Shown here one piece after another: positions 1 through 12,374 of a stretch of 64,000 nt of DNA (position 1 is its first letter; every line of letters begins with the position of its first letter). The position numbers were made by a program, and so were the translations under genes. The stretch is taken from the NCBI GenBank assembly GCA_964016885.1, contig OZ024741.1, forward strand, positions 252,650,001 through 252,714,000, written 5' to 3'. This DNA comes from Eledone cirrhosa (taxonomy: Eukaryota). The notes beneath the pieces are model-generated. The model was not told where the DNA came from. It was given only the letters and a program-made list of their open reading frames with translations, and ran no database searches.

Positions 1-130
1 GTTTTCTACAGCTGGATGCCCTTCCTAACACCAACCACATTTACAGTGTGGGTCTGGGAGGTTTTTACCGTGTTGCCTACACGGCCACATTTACAGCGTG
101 GACTGTGTGTTTTTTGTCGTGACACCTACA
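1..130 (-). mobile_element. Fragment of the RTE-tailed SINE family (central segment)
   Basis: ttctacagctggatgcccttcctaacaccaacc...atttacagtg matches the SINE copies at 4110, 25590 and 56693; carries about two copies of the 48-bp module. Confidence 0.65.
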
Positions 131-275
131 CGATCTCATTTGTTTCGGCCTGGATGTTGTGGGACCAACATAACTTTACATTGAAAGGGGCGGTGTGGGT
201 GGGGTGGAGGGCGGTGGGACGGGGGTGTGTTTTGATAGAGATGCCTACTGACTGTAGTAGGTTTTTACTTTGTAT

Positions 276-2303
276 TTAGGTAAGGCGGGTCTTCTCTATT
301 ACTGAGTACCGCCAAAGGTCTCGGTCCAGTGACATTGTCTTGGAGAGGTGTAAGCGTGTGAGGTCGGAATTTATCAGCTCGTCCCATGTTTTTCTGGGTC
401 TGCCTACTCCGTGGCTACCGTCTATCTTTATTGCCCTGCACTTTGTTATACAGCTGTCGTCTTTCATGCGCATCACGTGACCGTACCAACGTAGCCTTCT
501 CTCGAGTAAACAACATCTGATCCCTCTTATTTCTAATTTTTTCCTTAGTTCGTTTATGCTTTGCCGTTCACGTATATTACTATTGCACATCCAGCGGAGC
601 ATGCAAGCTTCGTTCCTCTCTAGTCTGCGTATATCCTCTGCACACAATGCCCAGGTCTCACTGCCATGCAGCATTGCTGTTCGTATGCAGGCATCGTATA
701 ACCTGCCTTTCATTTTTAGGGAGAACCCTCTAGCGGCTAATAGTGGTATAAGCTCTCTGAACTTTTTCCATCCAGTTCTGACTCTAGCTACTGTACTTTC
801 AGAGCACCCTCCCCCACTGCTGATTTTGTCACCCAGATAACGGAAGCTGTCCACTATTTCTATAGAACCCTCTGCGCAGTTGAAGGAGCTAGTATTTTGT
901 GGGCACTTTCTGCTACTTATTGCACCAGAGCACCGGCCACATGTAAAATCTATGTTCTTAGTTAGCTTACCTGTGATCCCACTACATCTTTTATGCACCC
1001 ATACTTTGCATTTGGGACATAAAATGGAGTTTCTACCTACGCCTTTCCTACACACTGAGCATGGCCATTTCCCCGATGGGACCGCCGCCTTATTTTCTTT
1101 CCTACAAACTAGAACTTTAGTCTTAGCCAGGTTAATTTTAAGGCCTTTTGATTCTAGGCCGTGCTTCCACGTTTGGAATTTCTTCTCTAGTTCGGTCATT
1201 GATTCAGCTATGAGCGTTAGATCATCTGCGTATAGGAGTTCCCATGGGCAGCCGGTCTTGAACTCCTCTGTTATAGCCTGAAGGGCAATAATAAATAGTA
1301 GGGGGCTAAGAACAGAGCCCTGATGGACACCAACTTTTACGCTAAACTCTTCACTATATTCGTTGTTAATTCTAACCTTACTGACTGTTTCTTTATACAT
1401 GGCTTGTATAGCTCTCACAAGCCATTCGTCAACACCTAGTTTTCTAAGAGACCACCAGATAATGGAACGGGGGACTCTGTCGAAGGCTTTCTCCAAGTCG
1501 ACGAAAGCTAAGTATAGGGGTTTACTTTTAGCTAGGTACTTCTCCTGTAGTTGTCGTACAATGAAAAGAGCGTCTGTGGTACTTTTGCCTGACACAAACC
1601 CGAACTGCATTTCATCTAGATCAATTCTCTCTCTGATTAGTTGCGCTATTACTTTTTCGGTGACCTTCATGACCTGGTCGATTAATTTAATGCCTCTATA
1701 GTTACTCCTATCTAGGGCATCTCCTTTTCCCTTATAGCAGTTAACGATGATGCTGCTACGCCATTCCTTCGGAACAACCCCATTCTGTACGACTTGGTTA
1801 ACTATCCGGGTGACCATGGTGTGTCCCACCGAACCAGATGCCTTCAGCATCTCAGCAACTATTTCCGAAGGCCCAGCCGCCTTACCCGTCTTCATATCTT
1901 TGATTGCCTTACTTATTATACTACCTTCAACTAACACTGCTGGTCCCTCTATTGGATCGATCTGGGGGAGACTGTCTTTCTCCCATTTGTTCTCCTCATT
2001 TAGAAGCCTTTCGTAGTGACACTTCCAAGCTACCTTCTTATCAGCGTCGGTGATGGCAAGTATGCCATCATCGTTAAGTACACACTTCTCCCCGACAATA
2101 TCACGGTTTTCCTTGACACATTGCCTGGCAATCCTGAACACCTCACGTTTTTGGTCCTCACGTTGTAGAACATGCTTGAACTTTCTTTCCTCTGCTTCCC
2201 TTCTTGCGAAGTACACTTGTCTCCTAGCTTCCCTCCTGGCCACTTGATAGTCTTCTCTACTTCCCCCATCCCGCCATACTTTCCAAGCCTGCTTTTTGGC
2301 CTT
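276..2303 (-). mobile_element. 5'-truncated RTE-clade non-LTR retrotransposon with uninterrupted RT ORF and internal PHD finger
   Basis: 655-aa ORF with RT motifs KGKGD..YRGIKL, QFGF, FVDLEKAFDRV, GVHQGSVLSPLLF, LLYADD, FRYLG, HGSETW, RLRWYGHV, GRPRKTW. The frame stays open to the (TA)n tract at about 2304; no APE domain, so 5'-truncated. Confidence 0.95.
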
Positions 2304-2304
2304 A

Positions 2305-2340
<36 letters not shown>

Positions 2341-2853
2341 GTATATACACATATATATATATGCGTATGTATATATATTGGCCTTCAAAATACATTAGCG
2401 TACACATGTAGACACATACAGATACATGAGTTTTCCACAGTTGGGTGTCTGTTGTGATCTATACTAACACCTCAACATGCTAATGTGTATTGACATAGGA
2501 TTAACATATAACAGCAACAAGAACAACACCTACCACACGTTCACACAGTCAAATAGATCAACACCTCCCCCACCACCATTACACTTATCAACAACCATAC
2601 CACCAACAGCATTCACGCTAGAAATAGCTGTGACAACTCCCTTGTATAGCACCTAGCCACTGTCTTAGATAAGGAAAAGTTACATTAAATAGTCTCTTAG
2701 ATAATGTGGGATGGTCACTCCCAGAATGCCTATGGCTTTGATCAAAGCTCTCCTCTTGTAGGGTTGATTATATATATAAATATGTGTGTGTGTATGTATA
2801 TATATATATATATATACACACGCACACGTGCATATATATATATATAAAATGCA

Positions 2854-3672
2854 ACATCATCATCATCATCATTTTACGTCTGCTTTTCCCTGCTTGCAAG
2901 GGTTGGATGGGTCCTATTCAGCACAGCATCTCTCCACTTGTCACGGTCCTTCGTCATCTCCTCAGTGAGTTTCAGCGATCTGAGGTGTGCTCTCATCACC
3001 TCCGCCCATGTTTTTCGTGGTCTACCTCTACTGTATCTTCCTTCTACTGGGATTTCTTGGCACTTCTTTACTCAGCGGTCATCTTCCATGTGCATCACAT
3101 GTCCATACCATCTCAGCCTTTTCTCCTGCACACCACAACTTATCCCTCTTATACCCAGTTTCTTTCTCAACTCGTTCATGCTTGGTCATTCATGCACATT
3201 GACATTGCACATCCAATGGAGCATACTTGCTTCATTTCTCTCCAGCCATCGCATATCCTCTGCAGTTGCTGCCCATGTCTCACTACCATGCAGCATCGCG
3301 CATCTCACACAGGCATCATATAACCGTCCTTTCGTATGCAGGGAGAAACCCTTCTTTGTCAACAGAGGAAGCACCTCCCTAAACTTCTTCCAGGCCGCCC
3401 TTATTCTAGATACTATGGCCTCGGACACCCCCCCCCCTGCTAATCTGATCACCTAGGTACCGGAAGCTATCAACCACTTCTATAGAACCCACCTGCATTG
3501 GAAAAATGTGTCTATCACTGCGATTACTATTGCCAATTTTGCCTGTACATCTACTGCATACGTATTTCTCCCTACCTGTTAGTTTGCCTGCTATCCCACT
3601 ACATCTCTTGTGTACCCAAGATCTACATTGTGTGCATTTTATAGAATTTATGCCAGTTCCTTTCCTACATAT
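2854..3672 (-). mobile_element. RTE LINE 3' fragment (same subfamily as 52708-54100), frameshifted
   Basis: Reverse complement of the ...cttgcaagcagggaaaagc(a/g)gacgtaaaa(tga)n tail; translates GGGVSEAIVSRIRAAWKKFRE..HGSETW; truncated within the PHD region. Confidence 0.9.
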
Positions 3673-3761
3673 ACATACATATACATACCTAAATATAAAT
3701 CATAGATAGATATACATATGGATACACACCTCTATGTATGTATATATCTATGTAGATATGC

Positions 3762-3959
<198 letters not shown>

Positions 3960-4109
3960 GCTAAGGTGAAACAATTGTTCTCGGTATGGTGAACTAACTG
4001 TTGTGTAACCACTTCTACCTAACTCGTCCCATGGACTGAGTGCTCTACCACTACGGATATTACCTTCCAGTGTTCCACCACTATATATATATATATATTC
4101 ATTCATTCA

Positions 4110-4409
4110 TTCATTTTACGTCCGCTTTTCCCTGCTTGCAAGGGTGGGACGGGAACTGATGCTGGCTTGATTTCTACAGCTGGATGCCCTTCCTAACACC
4201 AACCTCATTTACAGTGAGTACTGGGTGCTCTTTTTGCCGTGGCACCTCCACGACCACTTTGCAGTGGAATGATAGGGACCCCAGTCCCTATCATCTCATT
4301 TCTACAGCTGAGTAAACTGGAGCAATGTGAAATAAAGTGTCTTGCTCAAGGAAACAACACATCACCCGGTCCGAGAATTGAACTCACAACCTTTCGATTG
4401 CAAGGCCAA
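4110..4409 (-). mobile_element. tRNA-head, CORE-like, RTE-tail SINE lacking the first ~30 nt
   Basis: Near-identical to 25590-25940 and 56693-57035; B box gagttcaattc and ccttgagcaagacactt core on the minus strand; RTE-type tail. Confidence 0.85.
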
Positions 4410-4799
4410 ATACATATATACATATATATATATATACATACATATATATATACATATATATATATATACATACATATAGATCACTACAAACATAAATACA
4501 CATAGTTACGCAATTGCGTGTAACCACATTGATACACACACATTCAAACACACGCATACACCTGTTTACATAGATAAACTTGCATATGTACACCCACATA
4601 CACTAACATGCTCATACATGCATGCACATACACATTGAGCCACACATTCACTCATACATAGACATACATCTATGTGAAGATGCACACACACACACACACA
4701 CGCACACACACACACACACACAAACTTGTTATCGAGTTTTTGCTTTTATCTTGAAGAAGATAGTTAAATAAACAACTGGATGAACTCACAAGACAAATA

Positions 4800-4834
4800 C
4801 TATCACCATCATCATCATCATCATCATCACCAAT

Positions 4835-4870
<36 letters not shown>

Positions 4871-5077
4871 TGCAACCACACCACCACCAACCTTATCATC
4901 CTCATCAACACCTTTACTACTATCATCATCATCATCATCATCATCACCAACATCATTGTCACCACTATCATCCCCATTATCATCATCATCATCATCATCT
5001 TTATTAGCATCATCATTGTCATCATCCGCATCATCATCATCATCACCACCACTATCATCATCATCATCATCACCACT

Positions 5078-5111
<34 letters not shown>

Positions 5112-5540
5112 CCACTATCATCATCATCATCATCTTCATTATCATCATCATCACCGTCATCATTGTGTTATTATCATTGCTGAATTGGCAGTATCGGTAG
5201 AGGGTCGGACGCCGTGCTTTCTAGCATAGAGTTACGTCCCTTTACAGTCTGAGTTCAAATCCCACCGAGGTTAACTTTGCCTTTCATCCTTACAGGGTCG
5301 ATAAAATAAAGTACCAGTAATACACTGGGTAATTGCTGGCCTTGTGCCTAAAGTAGAAACAATTATTATCTTTATCATCAACATCATTCTTATCATCATC
5401 ATCATCATTGTTATCATCATCATTATCATCATCAACTGCATCCACACCACCACCATCATCATCATCACCGTTAATATCAACATCATCACCATTATCATCT
5501 ACCTTATCACCATTATCATCATCACCATCTTCATCATCAT
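4800..5540. repeat. (CAT)n/(CAC)n low-complexity tract interrupted by a SINE
   Basis: Degenerate ATC repeats. Confidence 0.9.
5179..5366 (+). mobile_element. tRNA-derived SINE family 2 (Meta/MESC-like central domain)
   Basis: A-box-like tggcagtatcggt, B box gagttcaaatcc, central gcctttcatccttac(g/a)gggtcgataaaataaagtaccag, (ATT) tail; at least six near-complete copies in the window. The domain name is from memory. Confidence 0.8.
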
Positions 5541-5857
5541 TTCACAAATAACTATGAAACATAGAAAGGCAATCCCAGTGGTTTCTGTGTGCAAAATGAA
5601 TAATATGATATATTTATATTTGTTTACATTTTTCGGCAATGCATATTACTTAAAACCTGTAGTTATGTTTACTCTAAGTTTATCTTAGATTTTATGATAT
5701 ATGCTTTGTTGTCAATAAATATTGATTATTTAATCAACCACATTACCAATTATAGGGTTATAATGTCAGGAAGGACATCTGATTGTAACACATTGTCTAT
5801 AAAATACCATCCAACTGATGCAAGCATGGATAAGTCTATATAAAAATGATGATATAT

Positions 5858-6425
5858 GTGGTCATGTAGGAGTCATGACAAAAAGTACCCAGCCTACTCT
5901 GTAAAGTGATTGTGTAGGAGTCATAACAAAAAGCACCCAGCACACACTGTAAGATGGTTCTGTTGGTGTCACGACAAAAAGCACCCAGTTCAGACTGTAA
6001 AGTGGTCATGTAGGTGTCATGACAAAAAGCACCGAGCCCACTCTGTAAAGTGGTCATGTAGGAGTCATAACAAAAAGCACCCATCACACACTGTAAGATG
6101 GTTCTGTAGGTGTCACGACAAAAAACACCAAGCCCACACAGTAAAGTGGTTGTGTAGGTGTCACAACAAAAAGCATCCAACCCACACTTTAAGGTGGTCA
6201 TGTAGGTGTCACAACAAAAAGCACCCAGCCCACACTGGAAAGTGGTTGTTTAGGTGTCACGACAAAAAGCACCTAACACACACTGTAAATGTGGTTGGCG
6301 TTAGGAAGGGCAGAAACAGTCCTATATGAGCAAGATAGGGTCACCTGACCCAACCTGCCTCAATGAGACAACACATCTAACCCATGTTAGTGTGGAAAAT
6401 GGACTTTAAATGATGATGATGATAT
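5858..6425 (+). mobile_element. RTE-tailed SINE copy with about 9 tandem copies of an internal 48-bp module
   Basis: 48-bp period (ctgtaaagtggtcatgtaggtgtcatgacaaaaagcacccagcccaca) over 5858-6290, followed by gtggttggcgttaggaagggca and a (tga)n tail. Confidence 0.75.
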
Positions 6426-6436
6426 ATATATGATAT

Positions 6437-6645
6437 ATAAGCCGCTATATTTAGCTTTTGTTGATCTAGAAAAAGCCTTTGACAGAGTACCTTTATCTAT
6501 TATCTGGTGGTCCTTAAGGAAATTATGTGTAGAAGAATGGTTTGTGAAATCAGTGCAAGCAATGTACAGGGGAGCTGTCAGTTAAGTAAGAAGAGAAAGT
6601 GAGTTTCGTGAGGAATTCAAGGTACAGGTAGGAGTTCATCAAGTG
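6437..6645 (+). mobile_element. Degraded internal RTE RT fragment
   Basis: Translates KPLYLAFVDLEKAFDRVPLSIIWWSLRKLCVEEW...VGVHQ with an in-frame stop. Confidence 0.85.
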
Positions 6646-6780
6646 TGGAAAATCAAGTGTAAAAATGATTATAAATATGTGTGAATTTATATATATAATC
6701 ACACACACACACACATATATATATATAAATAATATTTGTAAGTCAAACATATTAAAGTTGGCTTCATTTATTCTAATTCG

Positions 6781-6833
6781 CTGCTATATATATTTCAGTG
6801 ACAGCCATTATTGGCTGTGACCTCATCAGGCAG
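6781..6833 (-). ncRNA. Minimal type I hammerhead ribozyme motif (Penelope-like-element type)
   Basis: Minus strand: cugc-CUGAUGA-gguc acagcca auaa uggcugu cacu-GAAA-uauaua-UA-gcag; stem I cugc/gcag, palindromic stem III. Confidence 0.75.
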
Positions 6834-8855
6834 TAAGAATTAATGTAGAAAAAACCGGTAAACATGGTGTTGTAATGTGTTCTACCCTGTTAATCCATCG
6901 ATATGTCCAGCTCCTGGTTAGTCCTCAAAGGGACTGGAATCATATGGGCAAGAACAAACAAATTTTAGCATCCAAAGGATATGCTCCCACCTCATTGGTC
7001 AGCTATCATACCTCCCTCCAGCCGAAAGTCTATTGAAATTCTTCAGGAACAAGTTAGCCTGTTATAGTTGCTTTCATCAGTATGTTCAAGTCCAGCTGAC
7101 CTACTTTACCATGGTAGTGGTGTTAGCAGGTCAACTGTTGGCTGCTGTTATGAGAGGGAGAATTTATGTCTGTAGATTGGCAGAGTTCAGTGCTTTTCCC
7201 TTGCTACTTCGTCTTATAGTGGGAGATGCCAAACAAAAAAAAATGCGTGTGTATTAAAACCAATAAAACAAATAAAAATAAAAAACCTGTGTGTCAAAAT
7301 CCAGAAGTGTAAAGAATTACAATTCTTATTTCAGCATAAAGTACATATGCGTGTATGTCCGCCAACCCACACCATTGCACGTACACACGTATAAACACAG
7401 GCTCGGGTGCATTCACATATTCACGGCCACACAGTCACACACATGCATACATGCACGCATACACACAATTACATATATGCCCACATGTGGATACACACAC
7501 ATGGGCACAGGGTCAAAAGTCACCTCTTGGGGTGAGGAGAGAGAGGTAAGTAGTAATAGGCGCGTCCTATTTACTTGCGGTATTTAGCACTGACTCATGC
7601 GTGCATTAGGGGTCAGGTTCGAGGCAGGATATCCTCCGGGTACTCGGACCACAAGCCGGGGTTGTGTGTTGAGGCTCGTTGGTCGGAAAAATGGGGTGCC
7701 TGGTTGCACACAGGATAGGACTCTGCCGACGTACTTTGTCTCGTTAAATCATCTAGTGTCAGCTAACCTGGGTTCTGGTTAACGAAGTGAGAGAGAGAGG
7801 AGTTGACAACAGCAGTGTGAGGCATGAATAAACGAAGCCAACTTTAACATGTTTGACTTACAAATATTATTTTACATTACGGGTAAACAAACCAACCCGT
7901 GTACTTCGTCGAGTGCTCCAACCTGCATATTGAGGTGTTGGTAAACAACCAACACATACTCAATATATATATTCAAAACAACGATCAGCAGAGGACACGT
8001 CTCGCACCTGTCCAACAGATAACCTACCCCCCCCCCCCCCCCCCCGGAAAAAAACCCCAGTTGATGAATGTGAATCCGATATATATGTAGCAGTTGTCTC
8101 CCTTGTTGTGACACTCACAACACCATCTAGACAGGAAGTAGAACCCTTTCTGTAACTTCCGGTCAGAACCCTATAAAACTAACAACTTTAAGTTCTCACT
8201 CTCTCATTTGCCCTTCCGGCGCCTGGCCTTCGCCAGGCGTCTCGCGTTTGCCTGGCAATCAAAACGGTAACTACTAACTTTGTTTCATTCTATCATCCGC
8301 TATATATATAGGGACAATTAAATCTCTCCCAAGGTAACTCTATCTCGTGTTATTATTTTTATTTTTTACGCTCTTTCCCACATTCTTCTACACACTATAC
8401 ATCTCATTCTACATTCACTTACATCTCTCTCTTCACCACCGGATCTTGTTACCCAGAGAATTACCCATCTGCATTGTTGAGGCTTCCAAAACGACCTAAA
8501 GAAAATATACCTTATGTATATATAAATATACCTTATATAAAGGAAGTATCTTTTTAACGTGGTAGGTGAAATTTTAGGACTAGAAATAGAAGCCTTGCCA
8601 TAACATTGACTAAATAATATTGTTTAATAATGGGGCATATACATTTTTATTTCAATTCTAAAACACACACACACACACACATAAATATATATATATTGAC
8701 GCACTGGGGATAGATGTATTGTCTTTAATGCATTGAAACGTTCGAGACCTCCCAGCAGACAACTGAAGAGGGGACTTGTCCCTTGTTTGTGCTTTCCTTT
8801 CATTTCTAAATACAATTTATCAAGTAACCACACAGCACCTTGTTTCTTCTAAATT

Positions 8856-8887
<32 letters not shown>

Positions 8888-8912
8888 ATATATGTGTGTG
8901 TGTGAATGTAGA

Positions 8913-9200
8913 AGACATGTGGCTTAGTGGTTAGAGAGTTGGTTTCAAAATGGTGAGGTTGTGAGTTTGATTCCTGGATCAGGCAATATTTTGTGTTCTT
9001 CACAAGACACTTTGTTTCAGCTTGCTCCAGTTCTTTCAGCTGTAGAAATGAGTTGTGACATCGCTGTATCGGCCTTTTTGCCTTTCCCTTGGACAACATA
9101 GGTGCCATGGAAAGGGGAGACTGGTATGCTTGAATGACTGCTGGTCTTCCACAAAAATATCTTGCCCAGACTTGTACCTCAGAGGGGAATTTTATAGGTG
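8913..9200 (+). mobile_element. Older tRNA/CORE-like SINE with a different tail
   Basis: tggcttagtggttagag...gagtttgattcc...caagacactt...cagctgtagaaatgag. Confidence 0.7.
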
Positions 9201-9889
9201 CAAAACCCATGTTTTTTTGTGACCTAGGGGATGGGTGGGGGGTGTCTTTACATTAACCTGTATATTTAAAACTCCATGTAGTACCCCTATTTGATTTATT
9301 TATGTTACTTGGTAATACAATTGGTATCAACTAAATATCAGTGGTAAACAGTTCAATTGACTTCATGGAGCTCAATGAAACTAGTAAGTTGTCTTATCCT
9401 TTTTGCATATGCACATCCGCTCTACCATACAAAGACTGGATGCTGCCTACAAATAGCTGATACCATATCATCATCATCATCACTGTTTAACATCCATTTT
9501 CTATGCAAGAATGGGTTAGACCAGTTGTCCCATTATAAGATAAGTCAGATCAAGTGACTGTCTCTTGCTAAGACAGAACTGTTTCTGACTTGGTTTCTAT
9601 GGTTGGATGCCCTTCCTAACACCAACCACATTTACAGCATTGACTGGGTGCTTTTTTATCATGGCACCAAAATGAGAGCTCACTCTCACCCCGTTTTCCT
9701 GGTTTATCCAGGTTTGTAAAAAGCTTGTCACAAACCCCAAGATAATTTCATCCAAAATTATCTCAGGATATATACAATCTGGTCAAGCGGTGTTTCCTTC
9801 TTTCGTTTTTTCTTTGGCGGCTTTGAGTTTCTCCATGGTGGAATGGACCAGTTCCAGTTATCAGATTTATATAAACGTTTCATCCACAA

Positions 9890-10345
9890 CAACAGACGAT
9901 TTTCCAAACAGTTGACTAAAGTTTTGATTTCAAGAGGAACAAAGATAAAGTTGTTCATAGTCACTGTTTAAATCTGTGCCCTTGTATGGCAGCAAGACAT
10001 GGAACAGTTACAAAATGAAGAAGAAAGATTCTTGATAGTTGTTACACAAGGATCCTATATGTGGCCCTTGATGTGAAATAGCAGTAAAACATGACAAACA
10101 AATGTTTGCATTAAAACCTCCTAAAAATGAATGAGAAAATCAAAGAACATTGATTCCATCTCTCAGGGTACTGTGTACAACATCCAGAATAGGAAGCATG
10201 ACAGCTGGTTTTGTGGGATCAACAGTGAGAAAGAAAGAATGGCGGACATTATGTCACAGATATTGACAACCTGAAGTAGTATACTGGCCTCAAATCTGTC
10301 CAGCAACTGTAGGTGGCAATGATGGACAGAGAATTGTGAAATAAG
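9890..10345 (+). mobile_element. Highly degraded RTE-like LINE 3' coding fragment
   Basis: Frameshifted traces of TKIKLF, LYGSKTW, LDSCYTR, LVLW and MDREL motifs. Confidence 0.5.
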
Positions 10346-10373
10346 GACGTTTTTGCTTTAGACTGTCTTTTAA

Positions 10374-10594
10374 CCCTTTAACATTTGTATTACTCTAAAT
10401 TTACTATTGTATATTCATGGTAAAGGCTTTATCTCACATAATTATCTGACATAATAGCGAATCGACAAGATTTTGATATTATTCATTTTGAGAACAATAC
10501 CTTAACATCAGTATGAGCAATCGTTTATGGCTGGTTTGAACAGAAAGAGGTGAGATAATTCTGGCCAGATACAGCTGGTTTAAATGCTAAAGGG
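10374..10594. mobile_element. piggyBac-type MITE, 221 bp, TTAA TSD
   Basis: TTAA|CCCTTTA...TAAAGGG|TTAA; a homologous copy lies in inverse orientation at 54577-54797. Confidence 0.85.
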
Positions 10595-10648
10595 TTAAGT
10601 TAGTAGTTAATATATTTAATGTAGTGAGAATCAAAAATGTTTATTAGG

Positions 10649-10680
<32 letters not shown>

Positions 10681-11280
10681 CCGTTTTATGTCCGTTCTTC
10701 CACGCTTGCATGGGTTAGACGAGTTGTCCTGTTGTGGGCAGTGTCCGGTCAGCTGACCTTGTCTTGCTCATACGGGAACTGTAGGAAATAATTTTTTTAG
10801 AGGACTAAAGCAATGCAAATAACATTGGAACAAGGCCAGAAATTTGGAGGAGGGGGTCAGTCAATTATATTGATCCACTACTTATACTTTGTTTTATCCT
10901 GGAAGGATGAAAGACAAAGCTAACCCTAACAAGACTTGAACTCAGAACGTAAAGGGCCATAATAACGTTAAAATATAATAACAAAATTGTCAGAATATTA
11001 AGTTGGAGCTGTTTAATTAATCTTTAATATTTCAGAACAAAATCCCTTCATCAATAGAAGAGTTGGGAAAATAAGTCAGAGCAAGACACATTGTATTGTT
11101 CTTATACTGGCATTTTAATATCTGAAAGTGGTGGGTATTTTTTTCCATGCTGGAAGGGGTAAATGGATCATGGTATGTGTTCTAAGCTATGGCTGTATCT
11201 ATTGTTGAAGTGGAATGATGTGTTATAGTATTTACGTTGTGAGGAAAAGACATTAGCTTAATGATGGATATTATTTTATT

Positions 11281-11680
11281 TTGGCAGTATCAGTAGAGAG
11301 TCGGACGGCATGCTTTCCAGCATAGTTACGTCCCTTTACGATCTGAGTTCAAATCCCGCCGAGGTTGACTTTGCCTTTCATCCTTACGGGGGTCGATAAA
11401 ATAAAGTACCAGTAATGCACTGGGTAATTGCTGGCCTTGTGCCTAAAGTAGAAACAATTATTTTATTATATATATATTATATATTAGGGCGGTGAATTGG
11501 CAGTATCGGTAGAGGGTCGGACGCCATGCTTTCTAACATAGAGTTACGGCCCCTGCTATTCTGAGTTCAAATCCGGCCGAGGTTAACTTTGCCTTTCATC
11601 CTTACGGGGTCGATAAAATAAAGTACCAGTAATGCACTGAGGAATTTGCTGGCCTTGTGCGAAAAGTAGAAACAATTATT
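11281..11680 (+). mobile_element. Two tandem copies of SINE family 2 (11281-11462 and 11487-11680)
   Basis: Same head, centre and tail as the 5179 copy, separated by a short AT spacer. Confidence 0.85.
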
Positions 11681-11699
11681 TTATTATATATATAATATG

Positions 11700-11878
11700 T
11701 GGTCACACACTGTCAATGTGGTTGGCATTAGGAAGGGCATCCAGCTGTAGAAAACCAGCCAAAACACCCCTGTATGAGTGAGACACAGTCTCAGGACCCA
11801 ACTTGCCTCTAAATGGGACCTGTCTAACCCATGCTGGTGTGGAACATGGACGTTAATCGATGATGATGATGATGATGA

Positions 11879-11880
<2 letters not shown>
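11700..11880 (+). mobile_element. RTE-tailed SINE 3' half
   Basis: gtggttggcattaggaagggcatccagctgtagaaa...tctaacccatgc...(gat)n. Confidence 0.7.
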
Positions 11881-11918
<38 letters not shown>

Positions 11919-11921
11919 CAG

Positions 11922-12374
11922 TTAATTGCTTGACTTGAGAAGCTCTGTAGACATTGACCTCTGGACACTCCTGTCAGGAGCAGGTAAGCTGTAGTGACTT
12001 AGAGGCCTACCACCAATCTCCAGGACACTGTTTTCAAGACAAATGAGCGCCTCATTGAAACCGACATCATTTGTTATGTTTGGATTGTGTCTGCGTGTGC
12101 GGTGGAAGATGTCCTCAGCTAGACTTTCACGGTGGTTGTTCCACAGTGCGAGAGGGTCGGCGAGATCGCAGTTGTGCAGCATAATAGCAAAAAGTTTTCG
12201 CAGCTGAGAAGGGACTTTAGCAGTTGCTGCTTCTTGCAGGGTGAGGCGCCAATGGCTGTCATCGTGTAACATACCACACATCTGGCAAGCCAAACGGTAA
12301 GTGGAACATTGATGGCCATTGATGGTTCTCAGATCTTGGAAAGACTGTGGTCCTCTAACCTCGGACAGTAACAA
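11922..12374 (-). pseudogene. Helitron Rep/Hel fragment (region between Rep and Pif1 helicase)
   Basis: LL..VRGPQSFQDLRTING...YRLAC..GMLHDDSHW..TLQEA...PSQLRKLF..ML..C..ADPLALW..H..SLAEDI is the characteristic Helitron RepHel linker. Confidence 0.85.
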
